DNA from: an uncultured Rickettsiales bacterium
GTDB taxonomy: Bacteria > Pseudomonadota > Alphaproteobacteria > Micavibrionales > GCA-2720935
Assembly (NCBI GenBank): GCA_950054255.1
Contig: CATLOR010000001.1
Location: 839,589 to 903,588 of the forward strand
DNA length: 64,000 nt
Direction of reading: 5' to 3'
Below, piece by piece: positions 19,507-28,600 of the stretch. A program made the position numbers and the translations under genes. The notes beneath the pieces were generated by a model. That model searched no databases. It had not been told where the DNA came from and saw only the letters and a list, made by a program, of their open reading frames with translations. Within the stretch, counting starts at the first letter, position 1. Each line of letters starts with the position of its first letter.

Positions 19507-21750
19507 TTATTTTGCCTCTTGTTTTGGTGAACGGATTTCTCCTTTTTGAAGGCGCTCAACAATTTCATCTTTGGGGCCATCTGCGATGATCTCACCTTGC
19601 TCAACAATGATTAAGCGATTGACGAGCTTTAACACAGAATGGCGATGTGTCATTAAGATAACCGTTTTATCTGCAATAATTTGTTCCATGCGTTGAATAA
19701 ATTTATTTTCTGTTGCTAAGTCCATATCGCTTGTCGGTTCATCTAATAATAAAATAGGTGGGTCACAGACCAGGGCGCGAGCAATCGCAATCGATTGTCT
19801 TTGGCCTCCTGATAATGCCATGCCGCGTTCACCAACATGAAGATCAAGACCTTGAGGTGTATGGCGTAAAAAGTCCATGCATCCTGAAAGTTTTGCGGCT
19901 CGTTTTACAGATTGTTCGTTAATATTTGGGGCGCCAAATGAAATGTTATCACGGACAGTCCCATAGAATAAGAAATTATCTTGAGTAACATAGCCAATAT
20001 TTTGACGAATATCTGCAGGGTCGAGCTGAGATAGGTTTGTGCCGTCAATCATGATCGTTCCTTCTGTTGGCTCGTATAGATTTGTTAACAGACGCCCAAT
20101 TGTACTCTTGCCAGATCCTATGCGCCCAAGAATACCAACACGTTCACCTGGGCGGATTTTTAGTGATAGGTTATCAATGCTAGGTATTTGTTGTTCTGGG
20201 TAATGAAAAGACACATCTTGAAATTCAATGGCACCTTGAATTTTTTCTAATGTGATAAAGTGTTTGTCTTGACCGCGCTCAATTTCTTTTTTCATGATTT
20301 CATCAAGAGCTTTAAGGCTGATTTTTGTTTGTTGATAGCGTGTGAGTAAGCTTGCCAAATTCGCAAGAGGTGCCATAGCACGTCCTGTTAACATAGTGGC
20401 GGCAACAAGTGCACCCATTGTTAAATTGCCTTCAGCAATTTCATAAACGCCATAAATAATGACCATCACAGTGGTGAATTGAAGCGCAAGGCTTGTGAAA
20501 CTCATTGCAACGGAAGACCAGCTACGCCCTTGCGCTGAAGATGTTGCTGTGAGGGCAACGATCCGTTCCCAAAGACCTTGGATTTTGCTTTCTGCGGTAT
20601 TTGTTTTGATTGTTTCCAAGCCGCTTAAGGCTTCGAATAAAAGGGCATATTTTTGACTGGACTCAGCATGACTTTTTTCAATAACGCGCATGAGTGGATA
20701 TTGCAAGACAAGGCCAACTAAGAGCACAATCGGGATTGTTGCAATTGGGATATAGGCCACAGGACCAGCAATCATCCAGATAATAGCTAAGAAAAGGAAC
20801 ATAAAGGGAAGGTCAATAAATAAAGTAACAGTCCCAGAGCTAAAGAAGTCACGTAAGGATTCAAAGTTCTTTAGATTGTTGGCCATGGATCCAGTTGATT
20901 TGGGGAGGTGCTGTAAACGAAGCCCCATAACATGTTCAAGTAAGCGACTTCCCATGATGGTATCGGCATTTTTACCTGCAACATCAATAAAATAACTCCG
21001 TAGGTTTTTAAGAATGAATTCAAATAAGTATACCAGACCAATACCAGCCGCTAAGACCCATAAGGTTTCAATAGCATTATTAGGAACAACACGGTCATAG
21101 ACGTTCATGACAAAAAGAGGGCCGGCAATTCCGAATAAATTAATCATAAATGAAGCAATTAAAACATGGATATAAATTTTCCAAAACTTTCTAAGCGTTC
21201 CCCAAAACCAATCTTTGCGCTCTTTTAAGCTGATATATTCTGCACGTTGATCAAGCTGTGCTTTTGGGCGTGCGAAAATGGCATAGCCTGTGTAATCCTC
21301 TTTTAAACGTTCAATCGAAATCTTTTTTGTTACACCATCACCTTCGGGTAACATGATTTCAACGTTCCGTTTCTTGCGATCAAAGCGGAGTAAAATGCAG
21401 GCATTTTTGTCTTTTAACAGTAAAATACAAGGCGTTACGAGGGATGAAATATCCGTGATTTTAGGTCGGTGGACAACGCGTGAAGAGAAACCAGCACGCT
21501 CAGCAGAACGGATAAAAAGCTCGGGTGTGAATTTTGTATCTGCGTTTGGAAGACCATTCTTTAAGGCCTGTTTAGAGACAGGGGATTGATAGAGGCTTGA
21601 AAGTAAAGCAAGGCAATTCAACAGAGGGCTTTCAAAATCCACTGAAGCAGGCGATATTTGCCACTGTTCAGCATCTTGCTGCTCAGGCTCTGTAACAGTT
21701 TGATCTATGTCTTTTTGTTCCTTACTCATACCGATATTTTTTGTGCACAT
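19507..21750 (-). CDS. Type I secretion ABC permease/ATPase with N-terminal C39-like domain (LssB/LapB class)
   Basis: 747 aa. N-terminal SPLLNCLALLSSLYQSPVS... peptidase-C39-like region, a 6-TM ABC domain, Walker A GRIGSGKST, signature LSGGQRQ, and Walker B ILLLDEPTS. Start could be ATG 21729. Confidence 0.9.
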   Translation of the reverse strand: MCTKNIGMSKEQKDIDQTVTEPEQQDAEQWQISPASVDFESPLLNCLALLSSLYQSPVSKQALKNGLPNADTKFTPELFIRSAERAGFSSRVVHRPKITDISSLVTPCILLLKDKNACILLRFDRKKRNVEIMLPEGDGVTKKISIERLKEDYTGYAIFARPKAQLDQRAEYISLKERKDWFWGTLRKFWKIYIHVLIASFMINLFGIAGPLFVMNVYDRVVPNNAIETLWVLAAGIGLVYLFEFILKNLRSYFIDVAGKNADTIMGSRLLEHVMGLRLQHLPKSTGSMANNLKNFESLRDFFSSGTVTLFIDLPFMFLFLAIIWMIAGPVAYIPIATIPIVLLVGLVLQYPLMRVIEKSHAESSQKYALLFEALSGLETIKTNTAESKIQGLWERIVALTATSSAQGRSWSSVAMSFTSLALQFTTVMVIIYGVYEIAEGNLTMGALVAATMLTGRAMAPLANLASLLTRYQQTKISLKALDEIMKKEIERGQDKHFITLEKIQGAIEFQDVSFHYPEQQIPSIDNLSLKIRPGERVGILGRIGSGKSTIGRLLTNLYEPTEGTIMIDGTNLSQLDPADIRQNIGYVTQDNFLFYGTVRDNISFGAPNINEQSVKRAAKLSGCMDFLRHTPQGLDLHVGERGMALSGGQRQSIAIARALVCDPPILLLDEPTSDMDLATENKFIQRMEQIIADKTVILMTHRHSVLKLVNRLIIVEQGEIIADGPKDEIVERLQKGEIRSPKQEAK

Positions 21751-21810
21751 GAATATCTATCGAATGATAGAAGTTATATCAACTTTAACGCTAAAGAGTT
21801 ACTGAAAAGT

Positions 21811-22506
21811 TTATTTTTTTATGCCTTGGCCTAGGGGGCGTTGTATTTTCATGATTCTAGGTGGTCTTTCATGAAGAGATGTTTGTAGCCAAACAATAAA
21901 ACTGATATGGCCACTATTTTCATGATGGAGAGGCGTGAAAACAGCTTTAGCCTCAAGTGAGACAGGTTTCACTTGTGTTAGATCTCGATAGGAAACAGAT
22001 AATGTCGCCGATCCTTGATGTCCAAATTTGATACGGTTCAAGAGTTCGCGAACAGATTGATTATCTTTAATGAGAAAAAAATCAGAAAATAAGCGTTCTC
22101 GTAATTTTGGTAGCTCTGTTTGCGCCCATTTAGAAAAACTTTCATTGGCATAAATAATGGTTTGGTTTTCGCTTAAGTGAAGACAAGGAATAGGAGCTTT
22201 ATCAAGAATAAAATAATTATGATCTTTATTGCCTAAGACATCTCTTTGAAGCATATGTTCCATTTCAGCAATAATAAAAGAACGCAGATAAGATGAAAAG
22301 TTTTTACTTTTATTTTTTTGCTTTAATAAAAACACCAACTCGTTTGTTTTTAAACGATATTTTCTTGATATTGTTTTTAGTGACCTAAGAAAAGGAGGTT
22401 CTAGGCGTACAGCTAAGCGTTGTCCTTCAAATTGATATATTTTAGGTTTTGGAGGCTCTATTGCAAACTCAATTAACCCGTGTGCGTTGTGTGTATCAAT
22501 ACTCAT
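21811..22506 (-). CDS. RHH_4-like ribbon-helix-helix domain fused to a PAS-like domain (putative regulator)
   Basis: N-terminus GQRLAVRLEPPFLRSLKTISRKYRLKTNELVFLL...NFSSYLRSFIIAEM parallels the RHH_4 protein at 1549-1911. The C-terminal half (PIPCLHLSENQTIIYANESFSKWAQ...ISFIVWLQ) looks like a PAS fold. It is divergent from the adhesin gene. Confidence 0.55.
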   Translation of the reverse strand: MSIDTHNAHGLIEFAIEPPKPKIYQFEGQRLAVRLEPPFLRSLKTISRKYRLKTNELVFLLKQKNKSKNFSSYLRSFIIAEMEHMLQRDVLGNKDHNYFILDKAPIPCLHLSENQTIIYANESFSKWAQTELPKLRERLFSDFFLIKDNQSVRELLNRIKFGHQGSATLSVSYRDLTQVKPVSLEAKAVFTPLHHENSGHISFIVWLQTSLHERPPRIMKIQRPLGQGIKK

Positions 22507-22637
22507 TTTTTAACCCTTTTTACCATATTTAATAATCATACATATTTATATAGTTTTAGTCAATGGAAATATTGAGATTGTTAATATATTCATGTTAAAA
22601 TGTCTCACAATTATAGATTTGAATAAGGAGCCCAGTT

Positions 22638-25600
22638 ATGACTGACCAATCAGTGGATTTAACAAATACAGGTAATGTAACGCAGGAAGCACTTTCTTTT
22701 GTGGAAAAAGATGGTGTTCAGGCTGTTCAGCTCTCTAAGCCAGAAGCGCCTAATGAAAAATTAAGCGTTAAAGCGACTGCAATCAACAAGATTGTTACTG
22801 ATTTCAATCCAGATGAAGTGGATGTTTCTTTACGAGAAGGCTCGCTTCTTTTTTCTTTTGATAATGGCGCTGTTATTGAAATTGAGGGATTTGCTTTAAT
22901 TGATCCGATGCCTGAAATTATTTTGGCAGACGGGACCATTATTGCCGGTGATGTCGTTGTTGCTCAATTGGGGGAAACGCTTGATCCTGATGAAGTTCAA
23001 GAGATGCTTCAACAAATTGAAACGGCTGCTGGTGGGCAACAATCGCCTTCAAATGACGGTTCTAGTTCTTATTCTGATGACTTTGGTGCTATTATCGATC
23101 TGTTATCTTTTTCTCCGCCGATTGGATTTGGTGCATTTTTGCGTAGCTTCACAGGTTTAGATGATCGTGAAGATGATGTTTTGTTAGCGCAACAGCAAAC
23201 TCTTGTTGATCCAACGCCAAGCGCGGATGATGTTTCGATCTCAGTTGATGAAACCGACTATGTGAATAATACACAAACACTCTCAGGTGTTTTACCTGTT
23301 GAATTCAATGGTCAGACAGGAACAGTTGAGCCATCGCCAACAGCTGGGTTTTTAGTTTCAGGATCTGTGTCAGCTGGAAGTCTAACATCTAATGGTCAGC
23401 CTGTGACAGTTTCTGTTCAAGGGGATCGCTATGTCGGAACCCTGCCTAACGGTACAACAGCTTTTGAAATGATCATTAATAATGATGCGACATACACATT
23501 TAATATATATGAGCAATTAGATCACGGTGATATTACAGATGTGAATGATCTCATGACATTTAGTTTTGGTTATATTGTAACAGATGCAACAGGAGATCAA
23601 ACAACAGCAACAATTGCTGTAAATGTCTTTGATGATGCACCTGTGGCAGCAAAAGAAACTTTAACCGTTGATGAAACGGGTGGTTTTAATTCTGTTTCGG
23701 GGCAATTAGATGCAGATTTAGGTGAAGATTCAGACGGAGCAAGCTTTGCGGGGAACGGATCATTTAATCTCAATAATGCGACATCAAATGGATTAGTTAT
23801 TACTACAGCATATTCAAACGGTACATATTACGGGGTCGCTTTTGGAAGCCCTGTTTTTGAGCTAACGATTAATACGGATGGCTCATATAGCTTTACCCAG
23901 CTTGGTCCAATTGATCACCCAGATGGCACAGACCCAGATGATGCTTTTGATGTTACATTTGGTTTTACCGTTACAGATGGTGATGGGGATACATCAGATG
24001 GAACAATTGTCGTAACAATTAAAGATGATGGTCCAGTTGCTCTTGATGATTCATTATCAGTTGATGAAGGGGCAACAGTTACAGGGAATGTGGTTGCTAA
24101 TGATTTATATGGCACAGATGGTGCTGGCCAAGTCATTTCTCTTGAAGGTCAACATGTAGCGTTAGGCGGTAGTGTAACGATTAACGGTCAATATGGTGTA
24201 TTGACACTGAACTCAGATGGGAGCTATTCGTACGCAGCCAATAGTAATACATCTCTAGATGGTGTTTTGACCGAAAGCTTTGCTTATACGATTGTTGATA
24301 ATGATGGAGATACAGCAAGTGCCTCGTTAAATCTGGAAATTGATTTTGGTGCTGACACAGTGCCGGTTTTCTTAAATGAATCAATTATAGTTGATGAAAC
24401 AGGTGGTTTTGACACTGTTAATGGTCAGTTAGATGTTGATTTTGGAGAAGATAGTGTTGGTGCTTTTACAGATGGAAATGGTCAATCAAATGTGAATAGC
24501 TTAACCTCAAATGGGAATGCTATTACTGTTAATTATAGCAATGGTACTTATACAGGTGTTGCTGGTGGTGTTTCTGTCTTTACTTTAACAATTAACAGCG
24601 ATGGTACATATAGCTTTACACAATTAGCAGCGATTGATCATCCAGACAGCAGTGATGATAATGATGCTGTTAATATGACATTTGGCTTTACAGCAACAGA
24701 CGGTGACGGCGACAGTGGCGATGGAACAATTACAGTCACTGTATTAGATGACGGCGTTGATATTTTCCCGGCTCTAGGAATTGTTGATGAAACAAATGGG
24801 TTTACAACAGGCGTTTCTGGATCAGTTGATTTTGATTATGGCGCAGATGGTGCTGGAGAGCTTCATTTAGGAGATGCAGCGCATCATGTTTCTTTCCAAG
24901 TGATTGGTGGGCATGCCTTAACATCTGATGGTCAGCCAGTAACAGTGACATTACAAAACGGCTCTTATGTGGGGTCGGTAAATGGCTCTGTTGTGTTTGA
25001 ATTAAGTTTAGATGCTCAAGGCAATTATTCTTATGAGCAATATCAACCATTGGATCACCCAGATAGTTCTGATACCAATGATGCTCTTGGTTTAGAGTTT
25101 GGCTTCACTGTTCAAGACAATGATGGTGATACTGTTGAATCAACAATCGTTATTAATGTTTTAGATGATGGGCCTGTTGCAAGTGCGGATGTGAATTCAA
25201 AAACACTTTCTGGTGTAGATGACCTTATTACAGGAAATGTTGTGACGGGTGCGAATGGTGGTACGAATGCCTCTGATTCATATGGGTCTGATGGTGCTGG
25301 TCATGTATCTCGCATCGAAAGCCCAACAGGACAGGTCTTAGCAATTGCAGATGGCCAAACAGTTACGATTGATGGCCAATATGGGGCATTGACGATTTCA
25401 TCGGATGGTAGCTATAGCTATGATTTATATGACTCATTAGCATCTACAGGTTCAGGTGGTTCGTCGAATAATAATTCGAATACGAATACGGGTTCTAATA
25501 ACACGAATACAAACTCGGGTGGCTCTTCATCCAGTACAAGCACGAGCACATCGACTTCAACATCGACTTCGACAGGATCTGGTTCGTCACAAACTTATAC

Positions 25601-28600
25601 AGAGCGTTTTGAATATACAATTATTGATAATGATGGTGATACCGTTGAAACAACATTAACAATTAATGCAACTTTGGACGCTACACCTGATCCAGACGAT
25701 CAACCAGATGTTGATAATGCTTCAAATCTTGTTGATGAAACAGGTGGTTTTGATACGGTTTCAGGACAATTGGTTGCAGATTTTGGAAATGACGCGGCAG
25801 GATCAAGTTTTGACGGGAATGGCCAATCGAATACAAACGGCTTAACTTCGAATGGTCAAGCAATTGCTGTTACTTATAATAATGGAGTTTACACAGGTGT
25901 TGCAGGTGGTGTTTCTGTCTTTACGTTAACGATTAATAGCAATGGATCTTATAGCTTTACACAATTAGCAGCGATTGATCATCCAAACACAGGAAACCCA
26001 GATGACGCCGTTGATTTAACATTCGGTTTTACAGCGACAGATGGCGATGGTGACAGTGGAGATGGTGTAATTACTGTCACTGTGCGTGACGATGGCCCAA
26101 CGGCTGTGAATGATAGTGCCTCTGCCTCAGAGGGAACAACAGTAACAGGTGATGTCGTTGCGAATGACAGTTACGGCTTTGATGGTGCTGGACGTGTGAC
26201 ACAAATTTCTGGTCAAGCAATTGCTGAGGGCGGTAGTGTCACGATTAATGGTCAATATGGTGTATTAACCCTGAACTCAGACGGAAGTTATTCTTACACA
26301 GCCAATACAAACACATCTTTAGAAGGTATTCGCAGTGAAAGCTTCGCTTATACAATTGTTGATAATGATGGCGATAGTGCAAATGCGACATTAACGCTTG
26401 ATATTGATTTTGGTGGGGATAGTGTTCCTATTATAACAAATGAAGCGATTACAGTTGATGAAACAGATGGCTTTGACACTATTAATGGTCAACTTGATGT
26501 TGATTTTGGTGAAGATAGTGCGAATGCAAGCTTTGATGGGAATGGCCAATCGAATACAAACGGCTTAACTTCGAATGGTCAAGCAATTGCTGTTACTTAT
26601 AATAATGGAGTTTACACAGGTGTTGCAGGTGGTGTTTCTGTCTTTACGTTAACGATTAATAGCAATGGATCTTATAGCTTTACACAATTAGCAGCGATTG
26701 ATCATCCAAACACAGGAAACCCAGATGACGCCGTTGATTTAACATTCGGTTTTACAGCGACAGATGGCGATGGTGACAGTGGAGATGGTGTAATTACTGT
26801 CACTGTGCGTGACGATGGCCCAACGGCTGTGAATGATAGTGCCTCTGCCTCAGAGGGAACAACAGTAACAGGTGATGTCGTTGCGAATGACAGTTACGGC
26901 TTTGATGGTGCTGGACGTGTGACACAAATTTCTGGTCAAGCAATTGCTGAGGGCGGTAGTGTCACGATTAATGGTCAATATGGTGTATTAACCCTGAACT
27001 CAGACGGAAGTTATTCTTACACAGCCAATACAAACACATCTTTAGAAGGTATTCGCAGTGAAAGCTTCGCTTATACAATTGTTGATAATGATGGCGATAG
27101 TGCAAATGCGACATTAACGCTTGATATTGATTTTGGCGGGGATTCAACACCAATTATAACAAATGAAGCAATTCAAGTTGATGAAACAGGTGGCTTTGAC
27201 ACTATTAATGGTCAGCTTGATGTTAACTTTGGTGAGGACGCAGTAGGTGCAAGCTTTAATGGAAATGGTCAATCGAATGTGAGTGGCTTGACATCAGATG
27301 GGCAGCCTATAGCCGTGTCTTATAACAATGGGACGTATACGGGTTCTGCTGGTGGATCAACTGTATTTACTTTAAAGATTAACAGTGATGGAAGTTATAC
27401 ATTTAAGCAATTAGCAGCTGTTGATCATCCAAATACGCATAATCCAAATGATGCTGTTAATATTCGATTTGGTTATAGAGCAACAGATGGGGATGGTGAT
27501 AGTGCAAATGGCACGATAACAGTTACGATTAAGGATGATGGTCCTGCGGCTCGTGCAGATGTGAATACAAGAACACTTTCTGGTGTGGATGATCTTATTA
27601 CAGGAAATGTTGTGACTGGAACAAATGGCGGTGCGAATGCTTCTGATTCATATGGATTTGATGGAGCTGGTCATGTTTCTCGTATCGAAAGCCCAACAGG
27701 ACAGGTCTTAACAATTACAGATGGTCAAACAGTTACGATTGACGGTCAATATGGTGTTTTGACCATTTCATCAGATGGTAACTATAGTTATGATATCTAT
27801 GATTCATTAAGTACTTCTGGTTCATCTTCGAACAATAATACGAATAATAACTCTAATTCAGGCGGAAGTGGTTTATCTTCTAGTTCGAGCTCGAGCTCTA
27901 GTAATGGTGGTTCAAATTCAGGAAATTCATCACAAACCTATACAGAGCGTTTCGAATATACGATTGTTGATAATGATGGTGATACTGTTGAAACAACATT
28001 AACGATTAATGCAACTTTGAGTGTTACAACAGGTCCAGATGATCAACCAGATGTTGATAATGCTGCAAATGTTGTCGATGAAACAGGTGGTTTTGATACA
28101 GTTTCAGGACAATTGGTTGCAGATTTTGGAAATGACGCGGCAGGGTCAAGCTTTAACGGGAATGGTCAATCCAATGCAAATGGCTTAACTTCTAATGGTC
28201 AACCAATTGCTATTACATATAGTAATGGGACTTACACCGGTGTTGCTGGTGGTGTTTCTGTCTTTACATTGACGATTGGTAGCAATGGATCTTATAGCTT
28301 TACGCAGCTTGCTCCGATTGATCACCTGAATGCAAGTAACCCGAATGATGCTGTTAACTTTACATTTGGTTTCACAGCGACAGACGGTGATGGTGATACA
28401 GGTGATGGCACGATTACAATCACGGTCTTTGATGATGGTCCTCAAGCAGGGTATCAAGCGATTCAATTGCTAGAAGAAGATGATTTGAATACGACATTTG
28501 TTGGCAATCTATTCCGTGATTTTGGCGCAGATGATGTGGGTGGGTACGTATTTGCAGGGGATTCAAATGCAAACTCTGCTTTCTCATTCACAGGTATTAA

